Assembly (NCBI GenBank): GCA_964452145.1
Contig: CAYVLA010000008.1
Span: 1 to 64,000 of the forward strand
Length of the DNA: 64,000 nucleotides
Source: Candidatus Hadarchaeota archaeon
GTDB taxonomy: Archaea > CAYQAE01 > CAYVLA01
Direction: 5' to 3'
Position numbers and translations under genes: made by a program. The notes beneath the pieces were generated by a model. It saw only the letters and a list, made by a program, of their open reading frames with translations. It did no database searches and was not told the DNA's origin. Shown piece after piece: positions 38,020-48,187 of the stretch (positions within the stretch are counted from its first letter, which is position 1; each line of letters opens with the position of its first letter).

Positions 38020-39360
38020 TCACCCGGCCCTCACGCTCCTCATGTGGGCGACCCTCCGCCCGATGAGCTCCCTGGTCCCTATGTCCCTCCTGTAGAACAC
38101 GGGGCCGCCGATTCTGGATATGGCCTCCTCGGCAATCCGCTCGGCCTTCTCCATGGTGTCGGCTATCCCGGTGCAGGCCAGGGCCCTTGAGCTGCCCATG
38201 TAGATCTGTCCCCCACGCTCGTCCACGGAAGCGTAGTGAATTAGGGCCTTTGTCCCGCCCAGGTCGCCCATCTCGATCCTCTGGCCCTTGACGGGATCGG
38301 TAGGATAGCCCTTGGGAGCCAGATACTTGCAGACCGTGGCCTTCTCTCCGAAATCAGGCGAGTACGACCGAAGGCGGCCGTCCACCATGGACCAGCAGGC
38401 CTCCAGCAGGTCGCCCGTCAAGATTGGAAGAACGTTCATCGCCTCGGGATCTCCCCAGCGTGCGTTGAACTCTAGGATCTTGGGCCCCTCCGCGGTTAGC
38501 ATGAACCCGCCGTACAACGCCCCGCGGTACCGCAGACCCTCCTTGCGCAGCGCCGAAACCGTTCGCTCCATGATCTCGTAAGCCTTGTGGAAATCGGTGG
38601 CGGTCATGAAGGGTAGCAGATGGTTCCGGTCCGAAAAAGAGCCCATGCTACCAGTGAAGGGTCCCGTATCTCCTTCGTACGCGAACTTGTTGTCCTGCAC
38701 AACCGGCGTGGGGATAACGGTCTTTCCATCGACAAAGGCTTGCAGGGTGAACTCCTCGCCTATCAGGAGATTCTCCACCAGGACCTTTGCAGATCCCCCG
38801 ATACCCTCCTCGATAACCCTGCGGGCATAGGCCTTCGCGTCATTCAGATCCCTCAACTGGCCAGTCAGACGGGGATCCACTATCTTGACCCCCTTGCCCC
38901 CCGTAAGGCCTATTGGCTTGACCACGACCGGCTTGCCCTGGTGATCCATGAACTCGGCAGCCTGATCCGGATCATCGAAGACCTGCCAGGGGTTTCGGCC
39001 GGGCACCTTGTGCTTGTCCATCAAGGCCCTCGCAAATGACTTGTCGGTCTCGATTGCCGCAGCCTGCCTATCCGGGCTGGCACAAGAGATCCCGGCTTGC
39101 TCCAGTGCGTCGACCACCCCCGCCTCAAGCGGGGCCTCCGGACCGATTACCGCGAGATCGATGGCCATCTTCTTCGCGTAGGCCGCCACCCGGCCCGCGT
39201 CCTTGGGGTCTCCCAACTCGAAACCATCCGCTACTCCGATGATTCCAGGGTTGCGCGCACCGATGTAGACGTACAGCCTGGGTTTCTGGGGGCTCCTTGC
39301 CAAGCACTCGGCGATTGCGTGCTCCCTGGCCCCGTTCCCGACGACCAACACGTTCTGCAT
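38020..39360 (-). CDS. purD: Phosphoribosylamine--glycine ligase
   Basis: VGNGAREHA, GPEAPL, KP.GLTGGKGV, GP.TG.MGS, EFNARWGDPE. Confidence 0.95.
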   Translation of the reverse strand: MQNVLVVGNGAREHAIAECLARSPQKPRLYVYIGARNPGIIGVADGFELGDPKDAGRVAAYAKKMAIDLAVIGPEAPLEAGVVDALEQAGISCASPDRQAAAIETDKSFARALMDKHKVPGRNPWQVFDDPDQAAEFMDHQGKPVVVKPIGLTGGKGVKIVDPRLTGQLRDLNDAKAYARRVIEEGIGGSAKVLVENLLIGEEFTLQAFVDGKTVIPTPVVQDNKFAYEGDTGPFTGSMGSFSDRNHLLPFMTATDFHKAYEIMERTVSALRKEGLRYRGALYGGFMLTAEGPKILEFNARWGDPEAMNVLPILTGDLLEACWSMVDGRLRSYSPDFGEKATVCKYLAPKGYPTDPVKGQRIEMGDLGGTKALIHYASVDERGGQIYMGSSRALACTGIADTMEKAERIAEEAISRIGGPVFYRRDIGTRELIGRRVAHMRSVRAG

Positions 39361-39371
39361 GCCAATTCCTC

Positions 39372-40772
39372 CTACTCCAGAAGCGCTTCCTTGTGCCTGT
39401 CATCCTCGAGTTCGATGGGGTACTGCCCCGTCAGGCAGGCCATACAGAGGCGATCATCCCCGAGCCCGATTGCCCGACTGAGGCCCTCGATGCTGATGTA
39501 TCCCAGGGAGTCGGCATTAAGCCTCTGCCTGATCGCCTCCACGCTGTGCTTGGAGGCCAGAAGCTCGCCCCGGGTCGCCATGTCTATTCCCATGAAGCAC
39601 GGCCATTTCAGGGGCGGGCATCCGATTCTGACGTGAACCTCCCTGGCGCCTCCGCTTCTGAGGACGTCGATGATCTGCCTAGTGGTTGTGCCTCGGACTA
39701 TGCTATCGTCCATGAGCACGACCCTCTTGCCCTCTACGATCGGACGGACCGCATTCATCTTCAGCCGCACTGCCTCTTCCCTCATGGACTGGTCGGGCAT
39801 GATGAAGGTTCGCCCTATGTACCGGTTCTTGTAGATCCCTTCCGCAGCCGGTATCCCGGATTCGGATGAGTACCCCATGGCGGCAGTTCGGGCCGAGTCG
39901 GGCACGGGGACCACCGCATCCGCCATCACCGGGTGCTCCCTTGCCAGAGTTCGTCCTATCTCGTCCCGGACGTGCAGGACGTACCTGCCATCAAGGATCG
40001 AGTCGGGGCGGGAGAAGTAGACGTACTCAAACATGCAGTGGGCGGTCCTCTTCTCCTTGAAGGGTTGAACGCTCCTGAAGCCGTTCTCGTCCATGAGAAC
40101 GATCTCGCCCGGTTTGATCGGTCTCTCAAACCTCCCCCCCGCCGACTCGATCCCGACCGATTCGGATGCCACGTAGTAGGCATCCTCCGAGGTTCCATAA
40201 CAGAGCGGTCGGAAGCCGAGGGGATCTCTCGCGGCCGCCACCTCTCCCTTCCCCGTGAGTATCACCAGGGAGTACGCCCCTTTGATCTTCCGCATCATGT
40301 TGATCAGGGCCTGTTCCAAGTCGTTCTTCAGGAGTTCTATGGCAAGGACATGAGCGATGACCTCCGTATCTGTCGAGGAGGTGAAGACGTGTCCATGCTT
40401 GGAAAGCTGAGCGCGCAGCGGCCCGTAGTTGACGAGATTCCCGTTGTGGGCGATGGCTATGCCGTTTCTGGTCCCCTTGATCACGAACGGGTGGCAGTTC
40501 TCAACCGTCGTTCCGCCCGTTGTCGAATACCGGTTGTGTCCTATGCCAGCGTGGCCGAAGAGATCCTGAAGAACGGGCTCGGTGAAAACCTCTTTCACCA
40601 AGCCCAATCCACGATGCAAGCGCAGCTTCTCCGTGTCGAAGACGCAGATGCCTGAGGCCTCCTGGCCCCGATGCTGCTGGGACAGCAGGCCATAGTATAT
40701 TGACCTAGCCACCATCGTCTCGCTGTCCCTGCAATATACCGAGAAGACCGCGCATCTCTCCCTCGGAACCAA
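39372..40772 (-). CDS. purF: Amidophosphoribosyltransferase
   Basis: N-terminal Cys, QHRGQE, HNRYST, HNGNL, CMFEYVYF, DDSIVRGTT. Confidence 0.95.
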   Translation of the reverse strand: MVPRERCAVFSVYCRDSETMVARSIYYGLLSQQHRGQEASGICVFDTEKLRLHRGLGLVKEVFTEPVLQDLFGHAGIGHNRYSTTGGTTVENCHPFVIKGTRNGIAIAHNGNLVNYGPLRAQLSKHGHVFTSSTDTEVIAHVLAIELLKNDLEQALINMMRKIKGAYSLVILTGKGEVAAARDPLGFRPLCYGTSEDAYYVASESVGIESAGGRFERPIKPGEIVLMDENGFRSVQPFKEKRTAHCMFEYVYFSRPDSILDGRYVLHVRDEIGRTLAREHPVMADAVVPVPDSARTAAMGYSSESGIPAAEGIYKNRYIGRTFIMPDQSMREEAVRLKMNAVRPIVEGKRVVLMDDSIVRGTTTRQIIDVLRSGGAREVHVRIGCPPLKWPCFMGIDMATRGELLASKHSVEAIRQRLNADSLGYISIEGLSRAIGLGDDRLCMACLTGQYPIELEDDRHKEALLE

Positions 40773-40903
40773 GTTTCCACCTGCCCCGGGATCAGAGTTC
40801 GATCCCTTTCGATGGTCTAATAAATCCTACCGGCCTCGCCTTCACCCCACCTCGGCCTCCTCCTTCCCGTAAGAGTTATTAAACTTTCAGGGAGACCACC
40901 GAC

Positions 40904-41428
40904 GTGATTCCGTCGTTCCTAGACATAGAGTCCACCTCCCTTTTCGCCGACACCGGCATGCTGGTCTGCGCAGTGCTGAGAAGGGAGGATACGGACATGG
41001 TGTTCTTCGTCGACTCACCCAGACGGGAGAAGCCGGTTCTGAAGAGGCTCTCAGAGGAGATCTCCAGACGGGAAGCACTGATCACTTTCAATGGTAGGTC
41101 TTTCGATCTTCCCTTCCTAGCTTCGCGAATGCTCGTCCTCGGCCTCGATGACGCCGTTTTGGAGGTCGAGTGCCACGTAGACGTCTTCGAAGGGTGCAAG
41201 CACGTCCTACGGTTCGACAAGCTCAGCCTTAACCACATCGCCAGGGTGTTGGGCGTCGAGGTCCTTGCCGGGCTTGACGGAAGGGATGTGCCCCGTCTCT
41301 ACCTGAGCTATCTCTCCCATCGACAAAGGGAGCTGAAGGACCAGATCATCCAGCATTGTCTGTCCGACGCCTTGATGCTGGAGAAGGTCTACCGCAGGCT
41401 GGAGCCTCTAATCTCCCGAGGTGGCTGA
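40904..41428 (+). CDS. YprB-like RNase H-fold 3'-5' exonuclease domain protein
   Basis: LDIEST, TFNGRSFDLPFL, HVD, HC..D. Confidence 0.8.
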   Translation: MIPSFLDIESTSLFADTGMLVCAVLRREDTDMVFFVDSPRREKPVLKRLSEEISRREALITFNGRSFDLPFLASRMLVLGLDDAVLEVECHVDVFEGCKHVLRFDKLSLNHIARVLGVEVLAGLDGRDVPRLYLSYLSHRQRELKDQIIQHCLSDALMLEKVYRRLEPLISRGG

Positions 41429-41433
41429 CCCAG

Positions 41434-42681
41434 ATGACTCTGAGAGTCCGCATCCTCGGCAGCGGGATGGAGGTCGGCCGATCATGCCTCGGGGTTGGCG
41501 ACGACCTGCTTCTCGATTGTGGCATACTGATGTCGGAGGAGACTGATCCCGCCCCAAGCGACTTCTTTCCCCGCGTACGGGATCAGGAGAAGATCCGAGA
41601 CGTCTTCATCTCCCACGCCCACCTTGACCACTCGGGCTACCTGCCCTTCATGGTGGACTCGGGTTTTGACGGCAACGTGTACTGCGTGAAGCCCACCAAG
41701 GACCTATACAGGATACTCCTAATGGATTCCCTCAAGCTCTCCAAAGGCCTTTGGGCCAAACTCGACGAATCGATAGTTGACCCAGTCATGGACTCGATCA
41801 TCGCGGTCGACTACGACGAGGAGATCCAAGTCCAAGGCGGCATCGTTCGCTTCCTCAAAAGCCACCACATCTTGGGCTCCGGGATGATCCATGTGGAGAA
41901 GGAACGCAGAAGGATCCTGTACACGTCCGACTTCAACATGGGGGCCACGAGATGCTTCGGGGGAGTCAGGCAGGAGATCGCACAGCACGACGAGTTAAAG
42001 GATCTGGATGCGCTATTCGTGGAATCAACATACGGGGATACCGTGAGGCCGCCTAGAGCCGATCGGGAGAGATACCTCATCCACGCGGTGAACGAGAGCC
42101 TGGAACAGGGGAGGCGGGTCCTGCTACCCTGCTTCGCCCTGGGGAGGGCCCAGGAGCTGGAGCGGATATTCGTCACGAACCGGTCCGAGATTCCCTACAC
42201 CAGCATCTACGCAGATGGCATGATCAGGGAGATGAACAGGATACATGCCAAATACCAGAGATACCTCGATACCGAGTTTCCCCTGATCTTCAGAGAGGTT
42301 CGGAGGACGGTTCGGGATCAGGTCCTCAACGATCCGCAAGGCATAATAATCACCACCTCAGGCTTCTGCCAGGGTGGACCGATCCGATACTACCTGGACA
42401 ATGCATCAGAGGGCGACACGGTCATCTTCTCGACCTCCTACTTCCCGCGCGGATCCATGGCCGACAAGATCAAGGTTGAGAGGAAGTACGATGAGACCCC
42501 ACTCAACATCGAAGAGGTGGATCTTTCGGCCCACTCTAGCTTCCCTGAGTCCAAGGAGTTTGTGGAGGCCCTTCAGCCAAGAGTGGTGTACACCCTCCAC
42601 GGGGATCCCGTTCCCGAGAAGTTCCTGGCCTTCCAGCTCGGCGGATTTCCCACCATAAACGAACAAAGGCTTCTAATCTAG
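41434..42681 (+). CDS. Beta-CASP metallo-beta-lactamase ribonuclease (no KH domains)
   Basis: LLDCG, SHAHLDHSG, HILGS, YTSDF, ESTYG, GRAQE, SAHS, LHGD. Confidence 0.87.
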   Translation: MTLRVRILGSGMEVGRSCLGVGDDLLLDCGILMSEETDPAPSDFFPRVRDQEKIRDVFISHAHLDHSGYLPFMVDSGFDGNVYCVKPTKDLYRILLMDSLKLSKGLWAKLDESIVDPVMDSIIAVDYDEEIQVQGGIVRFLKSHHILGSGMIHVEKERRRILYTSDFNMGATRCFGGVRQEIAQHDELKDLDALFVESTYGDTVRPPRADRERYLIHAVNESLEQGRRVLLPCFALGRAQELERIFVTNRSEIPYTSIYADGMIREMNRIHAKYQRYLDTEFPLIFREVRRTVRDQVLNDPQGIIITTSGFCQGGPIRYYLDNASEGDTVIFSTSYFPRGSMADKIKVERKYDETPLNIEEVDLSAHSSFPESKEFVEALQPRVVYTLHGDPVPEKFLAFQLGGFPTINEQRLLI

Positions 42682-44510
42682 GGCGGCTCGTCCTTTCCCG
42701 TCATGAACTGCATCTCGCACAGATTTCGGTACAGTCCTCCCTTCGCCATGAGCTGCTGGTGACGACCCTCCTCCACGATCCTGCCATCGTCTAGAACCAC
42801 GATTCTGTCGGAGTTCCTGACCGTGGACAGCCTGTGAGCTATCACAACGGACGTCCTGTTTCGCAGCAGCTGCTCCAGGGCGTTCTGTATCAGCAACTCG
42901 GTATACGGGTCCACGCTCGAGGTCGCTTCATCGAGCAGGAGGATCGGGGGATCGACGAGAAGGGCCCTGGCGAAAGCTATCAGCTGTCGCTGTCCCACCG
43001 AGAGGTTACCTCCACGTTCCCTCACAGCCGTGTCATATCCCTGCGGCAACCTCGAGATGAATTCAGCAGCCCCCACGGCCCGAGCAGCTGCCTGGACCTC
43101 CTCGTCGGAGGCATCCGGCTTCCCGTAGCGGATGTTGTCCTTGATGGTTCCCGAGAAGAGGATCGTGTCCTGAAGAACGATGGCCATGTTCCGCCTGAGG
43201 GAATCAAGGGTGATGCACCTGATGTCCGTCCCGTCGATGCAGATGGATCCTCTGGTGACATCATAGTATCGCAGGAGGAGGTTCATGATCGTGCTCTTGC
43301 CCGCCCCGGTTGGCCCAACGATGGCCAGCCTCTCCCCCGCATCCACATGCATGTTAAGATCGCCGAGAACGGGATGGCCGGGAACGTATTCGAAGGTCAC
43401 GTCCCTGAAATCGACGATGCCTCTCACCCGGCCCATGTCCACCGCACCCGGTTGATCCACGACCTCGGAAGGGGTGTCCAGAACGCCGAAGATTCTCTCA
43501 GCGGCGGCGAAGGCCGACTGCAAGCTGTTGTAGAACTGTGTGAGATCCATGATGGGCCCGAAAAACTGCATGACGTATGCCTGGAAGAGGATGAGAGTAC
43601 CGAGGCTTATCGCACCTCCTATGACCGATTGACCCCCGAAGAAGTAGACGATGGTGAGGCCGATGGCTCCCAGCAGCTCGACTGCCGGGAAGAAGACTGA
43701 ATGCACCTGTGCTGCATAGAGGTTGGCCTGCAGATTCTCGACGTTGGCTTGATCGAAACGCTGGGCGTTTCTCTCCTCCCTGCTGAAACTCTGAGCGACC
43801 TTCACTCCGGATATGCTTTCCTGCAGATTGGCCATCACGCCCGCGATCTTCTGCCTAGTCCGCCTGTACGCCCTGCGGGCCATCCCTCTGAACAGGACGG
43901 CCATGCCAAGAAGCATCGGGACTGTCAGGAGTGCGTAGATGGTCAGTCTGACGTTGACTATGAGCATGACGGATATTATCAAGCCGAGTTTGATGAAATC
44001 GCTGAAGACGTTCAGAAGACCGGTTGCCAGCACCTCGTAGATCGTCTCGACATCCGACGTAACCTTGGACATGAGCCTCCCGACTTCGGACTTGTCAAAG
44101 AAGGACTTGGACATCCGCTGAAGATGGCCGAACATGCTGTTCCTTATGTCCCTCATCAGGCTTGAACCGATCCAGTTCAAGAGATACACGCGCCCCACGT
44201 CCCCGAAATACGACACGACCGCTATGGCCAGATAGGCAGACGCGATCAAGACCAGGCCTTGGAAGGCCGCATTGACGGCGATCTTTCCCTGGCTTGCAGG
44301 CATCATATAGCTGTCGATCGCCGTTCTGAGAAGCATCGGCTGAATGACCCCCAGGACCGCCCCACCCAGCACCAGGGCAAAACATATGACGAATCTGCGC
44401 CTGTAGACCAGTATGAAGGATGCGAGCCTAGCCAAGAGTGCCCTGTCTGACATGGTCCTATCGTATTCCTCGTCCTCGAGCCCGTGATCGAAATGGAACT
44501 TGTAGCCCAT
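42678..44510 (-). CDS. ABC exporter subunit, fused TMD-NBD (heterodimer partner)
   Basis: GPTGAGKST, LSVGQRQ, LDEATSSVD, IAHRLST. Confidence 0.92.
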   Translation of the reverse strand: MGYKFHFDHGLEDEEYDRTMSDRALLARLASFILVYRRRFVICFALVLGGAVLGVIQPMLLRTAIDSYMMPASQGKIAVNAAFQGLVLIASAYLAIAVVSYFGDVGRVYLLNWIGSSLMRDIRNSMFGHLQRMSKSFFDKSEVGRLMSKVTSDVETIYEVLATGLLNVFSDFIKLGLIISVMLIVNVRLTIYALLTVPMLLGMAVLFRGMARRAYRRTRQKIAGVMANLQESISGVKVAQSFSREERNAQRFDQANVENLQANLYAAQVHSVFFPAVELLGAIGLTIVYFFGGQSVIGGAISLGTLILFQAYVMQFFGPIMDLTQFYNSLQSAFAAAERIFGVLDTPSEVVDQPGAVDMGRVRGIVDFRDVTFEYVPGHPVLGDLNMHVDAGERLAIVGPTGAGKSTIMNLLLRYYDVTRGSICIDGTDIRCITLDSLRRNMAIVLQDTILFSGTIKDNIRYGKPDASDEEVQAAARAVGAAEFISRLPQGYDTAVRERGGNLSVGQRQLIAFARALLVDPPILLLDEATSSVDPYTELLIQNALEQLLRNRTSVVIAHRLSTVRNSDRIVVLDDGRIVEEGRHQQLMAKGGLYRNLCEMQFMTGKDEPP

Positions 44511-46330
44511 CAGGCCCCCCTCCAGCCTGCTTCCAGCAGGTCCCCTCCAGCCTGGGCCTGGTATATCCTGTAGTAGACGCCCTTTGACCCGAGCAGCTCC
44601 TCATGCGCTCCCTGTTCGACGACCCTGCCCTGGTCCAGCACAATGATCTTGGTGCCCTTCCTCATCATGGAAAGGCGTTGGGTGATGATGAAGGTCGTCC
44701 GGTCTCTGAGCAGGGTGTCCAAGGCCTTCTGGATCTCGTGCTCGGTCTCGGTGTCCACGCTCGATGTCGAGTCGTCCAGTATGAGGATCCGAGGATCCAT
44801 CAACAGGGCCCTGGCAATGGCCACCCTCTGCTTCTCACCCCCCGACAGTGTGACTCCCCTCTCTCCGACAACGGTGTCATAGCCCTTGGGCAACCTTCGA
44901 ATGAACTCATCGGCTTCAGCAAGCCGGGCGCAACGAACGACCTCGTCCATGCTGGCCTCCGGCCGGCCATATGCAATGTTCTCCTTGATCGTAGTCGAGA
45001 ACAGAAACGTCTCCTGGGGCACGATGCCTATCTGCTTCCTTAGGGACTTCACCGTGACGTCCCGGAGATCATGGCCGTCGATCTTCACGCTGCCCGAGGT
45101 CGGATCGTAGAACCTGGGAATGAGGTTCACCACGGTGCTCTTGCCCGAGCCCGTGGCACCCAGAAGGACGACGGTCTCCCCGGGTTCGGCCCGGAAGGAC
45201 ACCCCTTCGAGGCTCGGCGGCCCCTCTCCGTAGCTGAAGGACACATCTTCGAAGGCCACACTGCCTCTGACCTCCCTTAACTCAACGGCTCCGGGCTTTT
45301 CGACCAACTCCGGCTTCTGGTCTATTATCTCGAAGACCCTCCTGCCGCCTGCGATCGCATCCTGATAGATCCTCGTCATGTTGCCCAACATCCTCAGCGG
45401 CCCGGTCAGCCTAACCACGTATACGGTGAAGGCGATCAGCGTGCCTAGAGCAAGTGATCCCGAGGCGACTCTGTACCCCCCGTAGAGGAGTATGGCGATC
45501 ATGCTGAAGTCCGAGAGGACGGAGGTGATCGGCGAATAGACTGCCCGTATGCGCGTCAGAAGGATTGAGAGGTCGAAGTACCGCTCGTTGGAGGCTCGAA
45601 ACTTGTCCATTTCGTGTCCGTGCTGGCCATAGGCTGCAACGACCTGGGCGCCCGCCAAGTTTTCCTGGAGGATGGAGTTCAGAGAGCCAAATGCATCTCG
45701 GCTCCTGTAGAGGGGCTCCCTCATCAGCCTCGAGAAGCGGGCCATCGCCCATACGATCAAGGGGCCCGCACAGAAGGCAAGAAGCGTCAACCCGGGGGCG
45801 TCCAGGACGGTGATGCACACCACCAGCACAACTGTGAAGTTGATCAACGAACCGGATATCATGCGAAAGCCGAAGCTCAGAAACCGTCGAACCATATCGA
45901 CATCCATCGTCGTCCTCGACATCAGCTGCCCCGTCTGGGTGCGGTCGAAGAAAGAGAACGACTGGGCCTGTAGGCTCTCGTACATCTCCTTCCTCAGTCG
46001 GTAGATCACCCGCTGGGCCACGATCTCGCCCAGATACCTCTGGAAGAAGCTGAAGATGCCGGAGAGCGCGGTGACGCCGACCACCGATAAGGAGAGGATG
46101 AGAAGCATTCTCCCATTTTTCGAAGGAATGGCCACATCAACTATCCGCCGAACGAAGAGGGCAGGGTAGGCATGCAGAATCCCCACGACCGTGAGGCAAA
46201 CAAGAACGATCAGGGAATACCTCCAGTGTTTCAGCCAGTAGGTCATGAGTCGGCGAAATACCTTGCCTCCTCCCCTGACGTCCAAGTACTCTGTACCGGG
46301 GCCCTCCAGGCCTCCATGGTGGTGAAACAA
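44510..46330 (-). CDS. ABC exporter subunit, fused TMD-NBD (degenerate-site partner)
   Basis: GATGSGKST, LSGGEKQR, LDDSTS, ITQR. Confidence 0.92.
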   Translation of the reverse strand: MFHHHGGLEGPGTEYLDVRGGGKVFRRLMTYWLKHWRYSLIVLVCLTVVGILHAYPALFVRRIVDVAIPSKNGRMLLILSLSVVGVTALSGIFSFFQRYLGEIVAQRVIYRLRKEMYESLQAQSFSFFDRTQTGQLMSRTTMDVDMVRRFLSFGFRMISGSLINFTVVLVVCITVLDAPGLTLLAFCAGPLIVWAMARFSRLMREPLYRSRDAFGSLNSILQENLAGAQVVAAYGQHGHEMDKFRASNERYFDLSILLTRIRAVYSPITSVLSDFSMIAILLYGGYRVASGSLALGTLIAFTVYVVRLTGPLRMLGNMTRIYQDAIAGGRRVFEIIDQKPELVEKPGAVELREVRGSVAFEDVSFSYGEGPPSLEGVSFRAEPGETVVLLGATGSGKSTVVNLIPRFYDPTSGSVKIDGHDLRDVTVKSLRKQIGIVPQETFLFSTTIKENIAYGRPEASMDEVVRCARLAEADEFIRRLPKGYDTVVGERGVTLSGGEKQRVAIARALLMDPRILILDDSTSSVDTETEHEIQKALDTLLRDRTTFIITQRLSMMRKGTKIIVLDQGRVVEQGAHEELLGSKGVYYRIYQAQAGGDLLEAGWRGA

Positions 46331-46370
46331 TCAGCAGCGGCTCCGCGGGCGTTCACGCCCTCTGTCTAGC

Positions 46371-46396
46371 ATAGTTCGGAATCGAATAGTTCGGAA
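46371..46396. repeat. 11-bp direct repeat in the ABC exporter promoter
   Basis: ATAGTTCGGAA at 46371-46381 and 46386-46396. Confidence 0.7.
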
Positions 46397-46417
46397 ACGT
46401 GATATAACTCTTTCCTG

Positions 46418-46966
46418 TTAGCGCCGGGGCCGTGCAAGGATGACCCGGATCACGGCATCGCATATCAATCCAGGGAGCCGGTCCCTGTTGCCGGGAGTGA
46501 CTAGTGTGGTCGTTGCATCGGGACGCATCCTCACTGACGACACGAACTCCCCGCCCGCCCTGTAGTGAACGGCCGCCGCTACCGGGGCAGCCGAATCCAG
46601 GACCCTCTGGACGCCTGAGACGAAAACCCTGCTCCTCAGCTCCATGGGTCCTATCTCATCCACGATGAAGGCCTCGGCCCTTCTCTCAAGCGCTTCACGG
46701 GATATCGCATCCAAGTCTCTCGTGTTGACGCCGTATCTGGAGATCGTGGGGACAGCCGGTGAGTAGAGGGACACATGGGCGAGCGTTCCCCTTCTGCCCA
46801 GGAGATCGACTATCTCGAACCCCTGCCTCACGCCGTCCTTCCTGATTTCGGGGCAGATGATGCCGCCAACCGTGTAGCCCCTCTCCTTCAGCATTCGCCA
46901 GAGGCTCAACAGAACGGTTGTCTTGCCGCAACCAGGTGGGCCGGTCAAGAGGATGTTCTTCTGCAT
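46418..46966 (-). CDS. THEP1/HCR-type nucleoside-triphosphatase
   Basis: LTGPPGCGKTT, R.GF, YGVN, VDEIGPMEL. Confidence 0.9.
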   Translation of the reverse strand: MQKNILLTGPPGCGKTTVLLSLWRMLKERGYTVGGIICPEIRKDGVRQGFEIVDLLGRRGTLAHVSLYSPAVPTISRYGVNTRDLDAISREALERRAEAFIVDEIGPMELRSRVFVSGVQRVLDSAAPVAAAVHYRAGGEFVSSVRMRPDATTTLVTPGNRDRLPGLICDAVIRVILARPRR

Positions 46967-47067
46967 TGATACGGCCCAACGCCCCGCCCCTTATTTGATC
47001 TCACCAACGAAACCGGACGCAACAGATATTTGAACAGCACAGCAGCGCCAAGAACAGGATGGGCGGC

Positions 47068-47736
47068 ATGCTTCTTGGGATCGACGAGAGCGGAAGGGGA
47101 CCGGTCATCGGTGACATGGTGATAGCCGGTGTGCTGCTCACCTCTCGCAGAACCCAAGCGGTCCTTGCACGCGAAGGAGTGAAGGATAGCAAGGAACTCT
47201 CAAGAAGGAAGAGGGAGGCCCTGTTTCCGATCATCCAGAGGCGGGCGCTTTCGGTCATGGTCAGGATCGTCACCGCCGATGATGTCGATGCATGGAGGGG
47301 CCGAGGTGGCAGCCTGAATGAGTTGGAGGCGAAGGTCTTCTCGGAGATTATCAATGAGGCCCACCCAGAGGAGGCCATCGTCGACTGCTCCGACGTGATC
47401 CCGGCGACTTTCCAGGCGAGAATGACTCGGTATCTGGGTCGGTCGGCACCACGGCCCATCTGCGAGCACTTCGCCGACAAGAACTACCCCGTGGTGTCAG
47501 CTGCGAGCATCGTTGCCAAGGTCGTTCGAGATCGCAGGATTCGGGACCTGTGCGACTCGTTCGGCGAGCTGGGAAGCGGGTATTGCTCGGACAGGAGGAC
47601 GATCGCGTTCCTAGAGTCATGGTATGACAGAACGGGTACCTTCCCGCCCTTCGCCAGGAAGACCTGGTGCACAATCGGCAGGATAGAGAACGAAAGGGCC
47701 CAAAAAAGGCTGCCGGACTACAGCTTCCAGAGATAG
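47068..47736 (+). CDS. rnhB: Ribonuclease HII
   Basis: GIDESGRGPVIG, DSK, LNELE, VSAASIVAKV.RD, GSGY; C-terminal QKRL..Y PIP-like box. Confidence 0.93.
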   Translation: MLLGIDESGRGPVIGDMVIAGVLLTSRRTQAVLAREGVKDSKELSRRKREALFPIIQRRALSVMVRIVTADDVDAWRGRGGSLNELEAKVFSEIINEAHPEEAIVDCSDVIPATFQARMTRYLGRSAPRPICEHFADKNYPVVSAASIVAKVVRDRRIRDLCDSFGELGSGYCSDRRTIAFLESWYDRTGTFPPFARKTWCTIGRIENERAQKRLPDYSFQR

Positions 47737-48116
47737 ATGAAGATCGCCGCCACGATGGCCACTTCGACCAGGAAAGGCGTCACCAGAGGATACCAGTTCA
47801 ACCCCTGGAAGGTCCTCATCTTGTTCTGGAAGAGCACCATATAGAACAGGAATACGAACACGGCCGTCGCGATTATGGAGAGAACCGAGTACTTGGCATT
47901 TCTGGCGTATATACATAGAAACGCAAAGAAGCCCGAAACTGCAAGGAAGCCGAAGGTGGCAAGGGCCAGCAGTATGGTCCAGATCCAGGTAAGAATGTGC
48001 ATCAGACCACCTTTGTCGGAGTTGGCCCATACGGGCACAACCGTAGCCATGAAGCAGAACAGAATGACTAGAGCGACGACGCGAAGCATGCGGCCTTCCA
48101 CGGCTTGTCTCACCAT
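47718..48116 (-). CDS. Hypothetical 4-TM membrane protein
   Basis: Four hydrophobic segments; TATA-like element upstream. Confidence 0.65.
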   Translation of the reverse strand: MVRQAVEGRMLRVVALVILFCFMATVVPVWANSDKGGLMHILTWIWTILLALATFGFLAVSGFFAFLCIYARNAKYSVLSIIATAVFVFLFYMVLFQNKMRTFQGLNWYPLVTPFLVEVAIVAAIFIYLWKL

Positions 48117-48187
48117 ACCACCGCAGACGATCTGGTCCGACCTTTCTTAAAATATATTTCGGATTACCTGATCGGGCTTGGTTTAGG

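Noticed and set aside
44510..46330. Non-canonical Walker B (LDD) and H-loop (TQR)
   Set aside because: Normal degenerate site of heterodimeric ABC exporters
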